DNA of 64,000 nt from an uncultured bacterium (GTDB taxonomy: Bacteria; Bacteroidota; Bacteroidia; Bacteroidales; Bacteroidaceae): positions 11,965-75,964 of the forward strand of contig CAJMQV010000003.1 in assembly GCA_905215575.1 (NCBI GenBank), in the 5' to 3' direction. This document shows positions 16,540 through 26,344 of this stretch, piece by piece (position 1 is the first letter of the stretch; each line of letters begins with the position of its first letter). A program made the position numbers and the translations under genes. The notes below the pieces were generated by a model, which made no database searches, was not told where the DNA came from, and saw nothing but the letters and a program-made list of their open reading frames with translations.

Positions 16540-17205
16540 ATGAAAAAAGAGTTATTGCATTCTTCCCTGGAATTGATAGACTATATCAATCAGATCGGCT
16601 TTCTGCCTTTATTAAGTATGGGGCTGGACTGGTCGGCCGAGGAAGTGGTGGATGAAGACTGCCAGTATGTAAAGTTACCTGATGGCAGTTGGGAATGGCC
16701 GCTTTGGAAGTGGAAGGGTTCCATTTTGCAGGAGAGCGGTTGCGCCTACGGTAAATTTTTCAATCGCAAGGCGGCTTTTATCAGCAGGGCATGGTGGCCG
16801 GACTTCTGTAATTACCGCCGGAGCATTTATCCTTATCCGGAGGAGGGGAGTGTGGAAGAAAGTATTCTGGATATTTTGCGGAGTGAAGGCAGTATGATTA
16901 CCCGTGAACTGCGGGCGGCATGTGGTTTTACCGGCCCCAAAATGCGGAGTAAGTTCGACGCTTATCTGACCCGTCTGGAGATGGGAGGGTATATCGTAAC
17001 GGAAGATTTTGTCTATCCTCGTGACCGACACGGACGGGAATATGGATGGGGATGGTCTTTGCTTACTACGCCCGAGGCTCTTTTGGGGAGGGAAGCCTGT
17101 CATCCGGACCGCACACCGCAGGAATCCCGTGAGCGGATGGTCGGTCAGTTCCGGAAAATTTTTCCGGATGCTTCAGAAAAGTTGATTGATTCTCTGATTC
17201 AATGA
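16540..17205 (+). CDS. conserved hypothetical protein (AlkZ-related winged helix)
   Basis: GFLPL, WPLWKWK, AYGKFFNRKAAFIS, LTRLEM. Confidence 0.7.
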   Translation: MKKELLHSSLELIDYINQIGFLPLLSMGLDWSAEEVVDEDCQYVKLPDGSWEWPLWKWKGSILQESGCAYGKFFNRKAAFISRAWWPDFCNYRRSIYPYPEEGSVEESILDILRSEGSMITRELRAACGFTGPKMRSKFDAYLTRLEMGGYIVTEDFVYPRDRHGREYGWGWSLLTTPEALLGREACHPDRTPQESRERMVGQFRKIFPDASEKLIDSLIQ

Positions 17206-17241
17206 GTAAAAATAGAGGATCAGTTTATTGGGCTAAATTGA

Positions 17242-17288
17242 AAAAAGTCATTGTGAGTAAAAAACAGTATTCCTCACAATGACTTTTT
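17242..17288. terminator. bidirectional terminator
   Basis: AAAAAGTCATTGTGAG...CTCACAATGACTTTTT between convergent genes. Confidence 0.75.
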
Positions 17289-17294
17289 GTATAC

Positions 17295-17591
17295 TTACAG
17301 GTGAGCTTTTACCTGTTCTAATAAGGCCGGAAGAGGCAAGGCACCGCTTTGTCTCCACAGGGTCTGTCCGTTACGGAAGAGCATCAGGGTCGGTACGGAT
17401 TGGATCTGGTATTGTGCGGCGGTATTCTGATAGCGGTCTACATCAATTTTCAGAATACGAATCTGGTCGCCGAGATGTTGTTTCAGTTCCTGAAGTACCG
17501 GATGCATGGCTTTGCAGGGACCACACCAGGTGGCATAGAAGTCCACCAGCACCAGCTGGCCGGACGAAATGACATCATTAAAACTTTCCAT
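17295..17591 (-). CDS. trxA: thioredoxin
   Basis: DFYATWCGPCK, QSVPTL. Confidence 0.93.
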   Translation of the reverse strand: MESFNDVISSGQLVLVDFYATWCGPCKAMHPVLQELKQHLGDQIRILKIDVDRYQNTAAQYQIQSVPTLMLFRNGQTLWRQSGALPLPALLEQVKAHL

Positions 17592-17637
17592 ATTCTTTTC
17601 GTTTAAAGAGTTTTACATGATTTGGGCTTTTCTTTGA

Positions 17638-18102
17638 CTATTCTTTTCTGTTCATCTCCTGATCAATCCAGGCAAGCAGAACATTCACGGCATATTCCTG
17701 TTCGGCGGCTGTGAGCATTCTTCCGGGCGGGATGTGATGCCATTTGTAGAAGCAGCCGCGGCAACAGCAGCCTGTGGCATGTTGCGCCCGGAAAACGGGA
17801 TGTCCGCGCATGGGTGTCTGTTTGCCGTCGTTGGGGATTACTGCCGGAGCAAGCCGTTGTGCAATGAAGTCAGCGGCATGGTGTCGCAACGTGTTCCATC
17901 CCTTTGTGCGTACATAGATCCGGTCTTTCTCCGAAAGATGGAATCCGCTCCGAAAGGCTGAGCGGGACAGACGTTCGAACAGGTCGCTGTAGTCTTCACG
18001 TGTGGGGTGAGGGATGTCGTCCGGTTGTCCTTTTTCCGGTAGCGGAGCGAATGCTTCTTCCGGAAAGAGTGAATTTGTACTATCAAAGTGACGTTTTTTC
18101 AT
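17638..18102 (-). CDS. DUF4186-family protein
   Basis: NDGKQTPMRGHPVF.AQHATGCCCRGC..KWH. Confidence 0.85.
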   Translation of the reverse strand: MKKRHFDSTNSLFPEEAFAPLPEKGQPDDIPHPTREDYSDLFERLSRSAFRSGFHLSEKDRIYVRTKGWNTLRHHAADFIAQRLAPAVIPNDGKQTPMRGHPVFRAQHATGCCCRGCFYKWHHIPPGRMLTAAEQEYAVNVLLAWIDQEMNRKE

Positions 18103-18201
18103 CAGCCATGTTTTTGTTGCGTAAAGTTACTTATTTTCTTCAGGAATTTTAGGAAAGAGAATAAAAAATTGTATCTTTGAATTTATCGAACAGAAATAGG
18201 A

Positions 18202-18957
18202 ATGATGAAACTGACTTATATTTTCCACAGTGGCTTTGCCATAGATACCGGTACCTGCCTTCTAGTGTTTGATTATTGGATGGATCCGGCCGGTGTGATG
18301 CCGCAATTGCTACAGTCGGGCAAACCGGTATATGTGTTTGCCAGCCATTTTCATGAGGATCATTTTAACCGGGCGATATTTGCGTGGAAGGATATGGCCC
18401 GGGAGATACATTTCATTCTGTCCAAGGATATTCTGAAACGGAAAAGAGCCCGAATGGAGGAAGCCGATGTCTGGTTGGTTAAAGGAGGTGTCTGGCAAGA
18501 TGGGCGGATTCGCGTAACGGCAACGGGAAGCACCGACAGCGGAGTTTCCTGGGTGGTGGAATGCGAAGGAAAGCGCATCTTTCATGCCGGTGACCTGAAT
18601 AACTGGTATGCGCATCTGCTTGCCGAGCATCGTCGTGGCAAGTCGGGGTTCAGCGGCGACTTTTACGGGTGGATTAATCCGGAGAAGGAAGAGAAGCGTT
18701 ATTTGGGTGAACTGAAGGACATCCGTAAGGTGACGGACCGTTTTGATGTGGTGCTGTTTCCTGTAGACGGACGTATCGGGAACGGTTATACGCGCGGGGC
18801 CCGGCAGTTTATCGAGCAGTTTTCCGTAGGATTGTTCGTGCCGATGCATTTTGTGGCTTTGGGATTTGAATCGGCCTGGCGCATGAAGGAGTTTACGGCT
18901 CCGCGTGGCATTGCTTTCTGGAGCGTATCCGGCAATGGGGAGACGTTTGAATATTAA
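18202..18957 (+). CDS. MBL-fold metallo-hydrolase
   Basis: HSGF, SHFHEDH, FHAGDLN, PMHF. Confidence 0.88.
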   Translation: MMKLTYIFHSGFAIDTGTCLLVFDYWMDPAGVMPQLLQSGKPVYVFASHFHEDHFNRAIFAWKDMAREIHFILSKDILKRKRARMEEADVWLVKGGVWQDGRIRVTATGSTDSGVSWVVECEGKRIFHAGDLNNWYAHLLAEHRRGKSGFSGDFYGWINPEKEEKRYLGELKDIRKVTDRFDVVLFPVDGRIGNGYTRGARQFIEQFSVGLFVPMHFVALGFESAWRMKEFTAPRGIAFWSVSGNGETFEY

Positions 18958-18975
18958 AAAATCAGAGATACTTTT

Positions 18976-19374
18976 ATGAAACAGATAGAGGTGGTAGCGG
19001 CCGTACTGGTGCGCCAGGGAAAGTTTCTGGCCACTCAGCGTGGTTATGGAGAGTTTCGGGGCTATTGGGAGTTTCCCGGAGGTAAGATAGAGGCTGGAGA
19101 AAGTAGGGAAGAGGCTTTGCAACGGGAGATTCGGGAGGAACTGGAAACGGACATATGTGTTGGCGAACATCTCATTACCGTGGATTATGATTATCCCTCC
19201 TTTCACCTCACGATGCATTGCTTTCTGTGCTCTTTGCTTTCGGGGGATTTAGTGCTGAAAGAGCATGAAAATGCCTTGTGGCTGAGTCTTGATGAACTAG
19301 GTTCGGTAACCTGGCTGCCGGCCGATGAGGCGGTGGTCCGGATTTTGCAGGACAGACTGGGAAAACTTCAGTAA
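18976..19374 (+). CDS. NUDIX hydrolase (MutT/NudG family)
   Basis: WEFPGGKIEAGESREEALQREIREEL Nudix box. Confidence 0.92.
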   Translation: MKQIEVVAAVLVRQGKFLATQRGYGEFRGYWEFPGGKIEAGESREEALQREIREELETDICVGEHLITVDYDYPSFHLTMHCFLCSLLSGDLVLKEHENALWLSLDELGSVTWLPADEAVVRILQDRLGKLQ

Positions 19375-19375
19375 T

Positions 19376-19408
19376 AGAGAACCTTGCCGTTTTACGGTAA
19401 GGCTCTTT
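19376..19408. terminator. hairpin terminator between convergent genes
   Basis: AGAGAACCTTGCCGT-ttt-ACGGTAAGGCTCTTT. Confidence 0.6.
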
Positions 19409-19480
19409 ACATATTAATGCTTACTTATGCCTGTTTGTCTGTTTCCCGGACTTGTAAGATTTGATTTAGGATTTTTCTCC

Positions 19481-20122
19481 TCAAAATTGCGGTGTAAGCA
19501 GAGCTTCTGTGGCCTGGATCAGTTCCTGGGGCAACTGGAAACGCTGGTCGTTTTCTTCGCTTCGGATGGCTTCGATAAAGTGCGGCCATTCCCGGCTGTA
19601 TACTTCATACATATGTTGGTTTGCGGCATTGTCGCTTTGGGCAGACTGCTGGCTGTGTCGGGTATTGGCATAGCGGTCGCAGAGTTTGACCAATGGGGCA
19701 TAGGGAGTACTGCGGATACCGGCATAATAATGTGCTCCGGCACGTTCGCTTCGGGTGCGTCCCTTGTCGTTGGTCAGCGCATAGACAATCTCTGCCGCTG
19801 TCAGCGCCTGCTCTTCGGTCATGAAGTGGGCGGCCAGTTTGCGCACATCGTTATAAGACAGTCGGGCGTCTTCGATGCTGTCGTGGTAATAGGCACCGAA
19901 AATCAGAGGCAGAATATCTTCTTCCGTGGCAATGGTTTCATGTCCGTAGGCTATTGCGGCATCGGCCACCATGCAGAGATGATAACCATAGGGCAGGGTG
20001 TGGTCATAGGTCTGTCCCACACTCTGGTGCAAGGCGCAGGCTGCATTGCGTATTTGGGTCACCTCCTGTTGATGCGCCTCGATAAAGGTTTGAAATGCTT
20101 CTTTGTTCATGGTAATATTCAT
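19481..20122 (-). CDS. HD-domain phosphohydrolase (RelA/SpoT-hydrolase-like)
   Basis: PYGYHL, YHDSIED, VKLCDRYAN. Confidence 0.78.
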   Translation of the reverse strand: MNITMNKEAFQTFIEAHQQEVTQIRNAACALHQSVGQTYDHTLPYGYHLCMVADAAIAYGHETIATEEDILPLIFGAYYHDSIEDARLSYNDVRKLAAHFMTEEQALTAAEIVYALTNDKGRTRSERAGAHYYAGIRSTPYAPLVKLCDRYANTRHSQQSAQSDNAANQHMYEVYSREWPHFIEAIRSEENDQRFQLPQELIQATEALLTPQF

Positions 20123-20128
20123 GATCGT

Positions 20129-20689
20129 TTACTTCAGTTTCTTACCGTCAGAAAAGGCTTTTCCTACTTCTGCGCCGATCACATGATATTTGTGGTGGAT
20201 CGGATCGTAGGTAATGGGCTGCAGACGCATCAGGTCAATGCTTCCTTCTTCGTTCAGAATACTTTCGTCGGCAGAGATGTTCACGATGCGTCCTACCATG
20301 TGGCAACTTTCCGGATCGTAGGATACCAGTTCGCACTCCAGGGTCATGGGCAATTCCTCAATTACCGGAGCGTTTACAAATTCTGATTTGACGGTATGGA
20401 ATCCGGATTTGTTCATTTTGTCGGCTTCCTTATTGCCGGATACAAGTCCCAGATAGTCGCATGCCGCTACATGATCGGCGGTGGCCATACTTACGGTAAA
20501 GGCTTTTGTGCTCAGGATATTCTGAGTTGTCTTATGGTTGTCGGCCAGACAGATTCCGACCATGTCGTCCGTATGGATGCCGCCCCAGGCTGCGTTTATG
20601 GCATTGGGCTTGCCGGCTTCGTCGTAGGCGGCCACGATAAATACGGGCATCGGATACAACCAGGTTTTTGTTCCAAAATTCTTTCTCAT
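20129..20689 (-). CDS. flavin reductase family protein (flavoredoxin-like)
   Basis: YPMPVFIV, NAAWGG, APVIEELPMTLEC. Confidence 0.87.
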   Translation of the reverse strand: MRKNFGTKTWLYPMPVFIVAAYDEAGKPNAINAAWGGIHTDDMVGICLADNHKTTQNILSTKAFTVSMATADHVAACDYLGLVSGNKEADKMNKSGFHTVKSEFVNAPVIEELPMTLECELVSYDPESCHMVGRIVNISADESILNEEGSIDLMRLQPITYDPIHHKYHVIGAEVGKAFSDGKKLK

Positions 20690-20702
20690 AATCTTCTTGT
20701 TT

Positions 20703-21737
20703 TTATACGGTAATTGCTACTTTGATCACTCCGTCCAGGTGGTGTTCAAAGAGATGATAGGCTTTTTCTATTTCCTGTAAAGGGAAGCGGTGGGTGATCA
20801 GTGGCGTGGTGTCAATCTTGCCGTCGGCTATCAGCCGGAGAATTTCGGCGCAGTCGCAACCGTCCACACCGCCGGTCTTGAAGGTCAGGTTCTTGCCATA
20901 CATGTCGGGTAACGGGAGCGTTTGAGGCCGGTCGTAAAGAGCTACAACCGTAACAATCGCGTTGGGACGGGCACATTGCCATGCCAGTTGGAACGTGTCT
21001 GATGCTCCGGCCACTTCGATCACGACATCGGCTCCTCCGTGGTCACTGTTCTGGCGGACAAAATCCGCGCATTCGTCCGGTGTGACCACCAGTACGTCGG
21101 GATAGTGCTTCCGAATGAAACGGATGCGTTCTTCTGACTTTTCACAAAGAATAATGCGTCGAGGTTTCTTCAACTGTACGCAAAGCAGGGTACAGATACC
21201 GGTCGGTCCGCCTCCGATCAGAAGTACGGTGTCTTCGGAAGTGATTTCCGAGATGCGGGCAGCCCAGAATCCGGTAGCCAGAATATCACCGACAAAAAGA
21301 GCCTGCTCGTCGCTCACTCCCTCCGGGATACGGTTCAGGCCCTGATCGGCATAAGGCACCCGTACGAATTCAGTCTGTCCGCCGTCAATGCGGCATCCCA
21401 AAGCCCAACCGCCATTCGGGTCCTGACAGTTGTTTACATAGCCCTTACGGCAGAAAAAACATTCCCCGCAGAAGGTTTCTACATTTACGGTCACCCGGTC
21501 GCCGGGCTTTACAGTGGTTACTTCCGCACCGGTCTGCTCTACAATGCCCACCATTTCGTGGCCCACGGTAATGCCAGGAACGGCCCGGGGCACAGAGCCG
21601 TGCTTGATATGCAGGTCGCTTGTGCAGATGCTGCTCATCGTTATCCGTACGATGGCATCGCGCGGATCCTGAATCTGTGGCACTGGTTTGTCGGTCCAGG
21701 CGAATTTTCCCTGTTCAATATAAGTATATGCTAACAT
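20703..21737 (-). CDS. zinc-dependent alcohol dehydrogenase
   Basis: ICTSDLH, GHEMVG, CGECFFC...C, GGGPTG. Confidence 0.92.
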   Translation of the reverse strand: MLAYTYIEQGKFAWTDKPVPQIQDPRDAIVRITMSSICTSDLHIKHGSVPRAVPGITVGHEMVGIVEQTGAEVTTVKPGDRVTVNVETFCGECFFCRKGYVNNCQDPNGGWALGCRIDGGQTEFVRVPYADQGLNRIPEGVSDEQALFVGDILATGFWAARISEITSEDTVLLIGGGPTGICTLLCVQLKKPRRIILCEKSEERIRFIRKHYPDVLVVTPDECADFVRQNSDHGGADVVIEVAGASDTFQLAWQCARPNAIVTVVALYDRPQTLPLPDMYGKNLTFKTGGVDGCDCAEILRLIADGKIDTTPLITHRFPLQEIEKAYHLFEHHLDGVIKVAITV

Positions 21738-21914
21738 AAGATTTCATTTTCAGTCTATACAAAAATACGGATTTTAATTCAGAAAAGTTTCTTTATCCCG
21801 ACTTATTTGAAACTTTTCTCTATCTTCGCAAATAAACCTTGAAACATCTTTTGGGTGACTTGGTTTGAGCCTGTTCTCTTGACATGGTTACCGGATAAAA
21901 TTACTATATAAATA

Positions 21915-23315
21915 ATGAAAAAGAAATTATTGGCGTTATTGCTCCTGTTTGGAGCTTCATGTTATTCTGTAAGTGCAAAATCCGATTCGGTGGGACCGGT
22001 TCCCGCGGCCCATCAGCTGAAATGGCATGAGGCGGAGATCGGAGTGGTGTTTCATTATGACCTGCATGTGTTCGACGGTAAGGTGTATGGTCAGGGAAAT
22101 AACCGGATAACCCCGGTTGAGGATTACAATATTTTTCATCCGGACAGTCTGGATACCGATCAGTGGATTCGTGCGGCCAAAGCGGCCGGTGCCAAGTTTG
22201 CCATTCTGACGGCAACGCATGAAACCGGTTTCGGTCTGTGGCAGAGTGATGTGAATCCTTATTGCTTGAAGGCGGTGAAATGGCGGGATGGCAAAGGGGA
22301 TATTGTGCGGGATTTTGTCAATTCATGCCGCAAATATGATGTGCAACCGGGTATTTATATCGGAATCCGCTGGAATTCTTTGTTTGGTATCCATAATTTC
22401 AAGGCTGAAGGAGAAGGGGAGTTTGCCCGCAATCGTCAGCAATGGTACAAACGGCTGTGTGAAAAGATGGTTGAAGAGATCTGTACCCGTTACGGCGATC
22501 TGTTTATGATCTGGTTTGATGGAGGGGCGGACGATCCGAAAGGATTAGGTCCCGATGTGGAACCGATTGTGAACCGTTATCAGCCGAACTGTTTGTTTTA
22601 TCATAATGTGAACCGGGCCGATTTGCGTTGGGGCGGTTCGGAAAGCGGTACTGTCGGTTATCCCTGTTGGTCGAGTTTCCCATATCCTTACAGCCACAGC
22701 AATACAACCGAAAAAGTAATGGACCATAATAAATTGCTGGCTCATGGTGATCCCGAAGGAAAATATTGGGTGCCGGCTATGGCGGATACTCCTTTGCGTG
22801 GGTATAACGGGCGGCATGAATGGTTTTGGGAGCCGGGAGATGACGACCGGGCGGTCTATCCGTTGGAAAACCTGATGGATATGTATGAAAAGTCTGTGGG
22901 ACGGAATGCAACTCTGATGGTGGGACTGACTCCTAATCCGGATGGACTTATTCCTGCCGGAGATGTGGCGCGCTTGCAGGAGTGGGGAGCGGAAATCCGT
23001 CGCCGTTTCGGTACTCCTTTGGCACAGACTTCAGCAATCGGAAAGCAGAAACTGTCACTGAAACTGGATAAGGCACAGCCTGTGAATTATTATCAGATAC
23101 AGGAGGATATTACTAAAGGTGAACGTATTCGTGCCTATCGGGTAGAGGCTCGTGTAGACGGTAAGTGGGTTACTGTGGCCAAGGGTTCTTCGGTAGGGCA
23201 CAAACGGATAGAAGCTTTTCCGGAAACCAATGCCCGCGAGTTCCGGCTGGTAGTTGAGCAGAGTACGGCTGAGCCGCAAATCCGGGATTTCAGTATTTTT
23301 AGTGTCAAACTTTGA
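21915..23315 (+). CDS. GH29 alpha-L-fucosidase
   Basis: signal peptide, DTDQW, WFDGG, W.PA..D..LR, SVGRNATL, C-terminal CBM32-like domain. Confidence 0.88.
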   Translation: MKKKLLALLLLFGASCYSVSAKSDSVGPVPAAHQLKWHEAEIGVVFHYDLHVFDGKVYGQGNNRITPVEDYNIFHPDSLDTDQWIRAAKAAGAKFAILTATHETGFGLWQSDVNPYCLKAVKWRDGKGDIVRDFVNSCRKYDVQPGIYIGIRWNSLFGIHNFKAEGEGEFARNRQQWYKRLCEKMVEEICTRYGDLFMIWFDGGADDPKGLGPDVEPIVNRYQPNCLFYHNVNRADLRWGGSESGTVGYPCWSSFPYPYSHSNTTEKVMDHNKLLAHGDPEGKYWVPAMADTPLRGYNGRHEWFWEPGDDDRAVYPLENLMDMYEKSVGRNATLMVGLTPNPDGLIPAGDVARLQEWGAEIRRRFGTPLAQTSAIGKQKLSLKLDKAQPVNYYQIQEDITKGERIRAYRVEARVDGKWVTVAKGSSVGHKRIEAFPETNAREFRLVVEQSTAEPQIRDFSIFSVKL

Positions 23316-23335
23316 TAGCGACATACATGATAAGA

Positions 23336-23386
23336 ATAAGGAAACTCCCCAAAGTCAGGAAACGGCTTTGGGGAATTTCCTTATTT
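23336..23386. terminator. bidirectional terminator
   Basis: ATAAGGAAACTCCCCAAAG...CTTTGGGGAATTTCCTTAT. Confidence 0.7.
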
Positions 23387-24178
23387 GTTCAGTTCCCAAA
23401 AGGCAACGGCCGATGCGGCAGCCACGTTCAGAGAGTCCACTCCATGTGCCATGGGGATGCGGACCACGTAATCGGCATTCTCAATGGCCTGTTGAGGCAG
23501 ACCGTCGCCTTCTGTTCCCAAAATAAGAGCCAGACGAGGTTCTTCTTTCAGAATCGGATTGTCCAAAGTGACGGATTTTTCGGTCAGAGCCAATGCTGCC
23601 GTGCGGAAGCCTAATTGCTTCAGCTCTTTTATGGGGTCTTCACTCCAGGTCCAGGGAACCAGAAACACACTGCCCATGGAAACCCTTACGGCACGTCGGT
23701 TCAGCGGATCACAGGAATCACGGGTAAGCACAACGGCATCAATGCCTAAAGCGGCGGCCGAACGGAAAATGGCTCCAATGTTGGTGGTATCTACTACGCC
23801 GTGAATTACGGCAACTCGTCGGGCATCCTTGCAGATTTCTTCTATCAGCGGAGGACGTTTGCGTTGCATGGCGCAAAGCACTCCTCGGGTCAGGGTGTAT
23901 CCTGTGAGATGCGATAGGAGCTCACGTGCACCAGTATATACGGGAATATCTCCGCACTGCCGGATGATGTCGGCGGCATCGCCGGTGATGTGTTTGGCTT
24001 CGCAGAGTATGGCTTTCGGCTCATATCCGGCATCGAGAGCCACACGGATTACTTTTGGACTTTCGGCGATGAAGATCCCCCGTTCGGGATCCAGTCTGTT
24101 TCGTAGCTGAGCTTCGGTCAATGAGCTGAATATTTCTACTCCGGGATGATCCAATGATTGAATTTCTATGATAGGCAT
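23381..24178 (-). CDS. TrmH/SpoU-family RNA methyltransferase
   Basis: NIGAIFRSA, GTEGDGL, IPMAHGVDSLNVA. Confidence 0.92.
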   Translation of the reverse strand: MPIIEIQSLDHPGVEIFSSLTEAQLRNRLDPERGIFIAESPKVIRVALDAGYEPKAILCEAKHITGDAADIIRQCGDIPVYTGARELLSHLTGYTLTRGVLCAMQRKRPPLIEEICKDARRVAVIHGVVDTTNIGAIFRSAAALGIDAVVLTRDSCDPLNRRAVRVSMGSVFLVPWTWSEDPIKELKQLGFRTAALALTEKSVTLDNPILKEEPRLALILGTEGDGLPQQAIENADYVVRIPMAHGVDSLNVAAASAVAFWELNK

Positions 24179-24285
24179 GAAAGTTTTGAAGTATTTTGAA
24201 AGTTATGGGACAAAGAATGTATATTTATGTTTCAGATAAAGGAACTTATGGCCTTTATGGGATTTCCTTTTTTAGAAGTGTCGCT

Positions 24286-24588
24286 TTACTCTATCACTTC
24301 CAGAAGAAAGCTTACGGGACGGAAGCCGTCGTTGCAGGAAATCATGGCCGAGTGTTCGTTCTTCATCCATCCGTCGTAAAAGTTTCCGCCTCCATGTGCC
24401 AGGACCATGACAAACGGCAGCATGCTTTGCCATGCACTTTCACAAAGTCCCTGTGGCTTGTTACCGTTTTCAGAAATGAAAACCTGTCCTTCCTCTATAT
24501 CACATGCGTGTTCAATCGGATTTTCATATTTTTCCATCAAATCCAGATAGCAGGCTTTTCTCATTACTGTGATTCTGATTTTCTTCAT
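24286..24588 (-). CDS. TIGR04076-family protein
   Basis: KPQGLCESAW, SCNDGFRPVSFLLE. Confidence 0.82.
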   Translation of the reverse strand: MKKIRITVMRKACYLDLMEKYENPIEHACDIEEGQVFISENGNKPQGLCESAWQSMLPFVMVLAHGGGNFYDGWMKNEHSAMISCNDGFRPVSFLLEVIE

Positions 24589-24733
24589 ATCTTTCCGGAT
24601 AACTGTTTTGTTCTTTTCTTGGAAGGCAAAGTTATGATTTATTCGTTATTGAGATAAATTCTTTATTCGGTTTTTATTGATTCGCACTGAAAACACGTAA
24701 CTTTGTATAACTATAAATAATAAAGGAAACATA

Positions 24734-25759
24734 ATGATACATTTCAATTCTGATTATATGGCGGGAGCGCATCCCGAAGTGATGCGTCGTTTGATGGAAA
24801 CGAATCTGGAACAGACTGTCGGTTACGGTATGGATGCTTATACCATTCATGCGAAGGATTTGATCCGTGAGGCTTGTAATACTCCAAATGCCGCAGTGCA
24901 TCTGTTGGTTGGAGGAACACAGACCAACGCTACGGTTATCGATGCTTTGTTGTGTCGTCATGAGGGTGTTTTGGCCGCGGAAACAGCTCATATCAATGTA
25001 CATGAGTCGGGAGCTATTGAAGCAACCGGCCATAAAGTGCTTACTTTGCCACAGCACGACGGAAAACTTCTGGCTTCAGAAATAGATACTTTTATCACAG
25101 ATTTCTATCGGGACGAAACCTATGAGCATATGGTTGCTCCGGGGATGGTGTATATATCCCATCCTACAGAGTTGGGAACTTTGTACTCGCTTTCGGAACT
25201 GGAAGCCATTAGCGAAGTCTGCCATCGGGCCGGCATTCCGCTTTATCTGGACGGGGCGCGTTTGGGATATGCCCTGTCAGCTCCTTCGTCGGATGTTACG
25301 TTGCAGGATATAGCCCGCCTTTGCGATGTGTTTTATATAGGAGGCACAAAGGTTGGGGCTTTGTTTGGTGAGGCTGTTGTTGCGGCTGATCCGAACCGCT
25401 TGCCTCATTTCTATCCGTTGATCAAGCAGCACGGAGCTTTATTGGCTAAAGGGCGTCTGCTCGGAGTGCAGTTTGAAACTTTGTTTGTGGATGGTCTTTA
25501 TGAACGTATTGGAGAGCATGCCGTGCGCCTGGCTTTGAAACTGAAGGAGGCTTTCCGGAGCAAAGGATACCGCCTTTTCTTGGATTCGCCAACCAATCAG
25601 CAGTTTGTCTGTCTGCCTAACACGGTGATTGACCGTTTGTCGGAACAGGTTACATTCGAATTGTGGGGACCGCGCGGAGAAACAGAAACTGTGGTGCGTT
25701 TCGTGACGAGTTGGGCTACTCGGGAAGAGGATGTTGACACCTTGATTTCCTTATTGTAG
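24734..25759 (+). CDS. ltaE: low-specificity L-threonine aldolase
   Basis: FNSDY, GGTQTN, HESGA, LDGARL, GGTKVG; TAACTTTG promoter element at 24698-24705. Confidence 0.88.
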   Translation: MIHFNSDYMAGAHPEVMRRLMETNLEQTVGYGMDAYTIHAKDLIREACNTPNAAVHLLVGGTQTNATVIDALLCRHEGVLAAETAHINVHESGAIEATGHKVLTLPQHDGKLLASEIDTFITDFYRDETYEHMVAPGMVYISHPTELGTLYSLSELEAISEVCHRAGIPLYLDGARLGYALSAPSSDVTLQDIARLCDVFYIGGTKVGALFGEAVVAADPNRLPHFYPLIKQHGALLAKGRLLGVQFETLFVDGLYERIGEHAVRLALKLKEAFRSKGYRLFLDSPTNQQFVCLPNTVIDRLSEQVTFELWGPRGETETVVRFVTSWATREEDVDTLISLL

Positions 25760-25897
25760 TTTCAGAATGATTCTGCTCCTATTATAATGTATTTGAAAGG
25801 GGCAGAATCATTTTTATGACAGGGTAAATGGTTAAATGTTTTACTAAATAAAAATAAAGTATTAACTTTGCAGCGCAAATAAAAAAATAAAGTTTTG

Positions 25898-26344
25898 ATG
25901 CAGGAAAAAGTAAATAACACTTCGCGTGAGTGTTTGCGTCAGTTGATTCGTACCCGTATGGCTTCCCGACAGGCCATGCAGCGCTTTTTGAAAAATGTAG
26001 GAGCAGACATCACTTTTGAGATGTTACAGATTATGAGTTGCCTTTGGTCTGAACAGGGAGTTAGCCAACAAGTACTGGCCGAGCGTACGGCAAAAGATAA
26101 GGCTTGCCTGACTAATTTGATGTTGAATCTGGAGCGTAAGGGATATGTTTGTCGTAAGGAAGATATTCATGACCGTCGTAACAAACTGGTATTTCTGACA
26201 GAAGAAGGAGAAGCTTTCCGTCGTTGGTTGGTTCCTCAGCTGAAAGAATACTACAAGCGTTTGGATGATCTGATGGGAGAAGAAAAACTAAAACATATTC
26301 AGGAACTGCTTCAGGAGTTACAACATGCGTTGGAAACCTATTAA
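25898..26344 (+). CDS. MarR-family regulator
   Basis: LERKGYV.R.....DRRNKLVFLT; TAACTTTG at 25863-25870. Confidence 0.9.
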   Translation: MQEKVNNTSRECLRQLIRTRMASRQAMQRFLKNVGADITFEMLQIMSCLWSEQGVSQQVLAERTAKDKACLTNLMLNLERKGYVCRKEDIHDRRNKLVFLTEEGEAFRRWLVPQLKEYYKRLDDLMGEEKLKHIQELLQELQHALETY

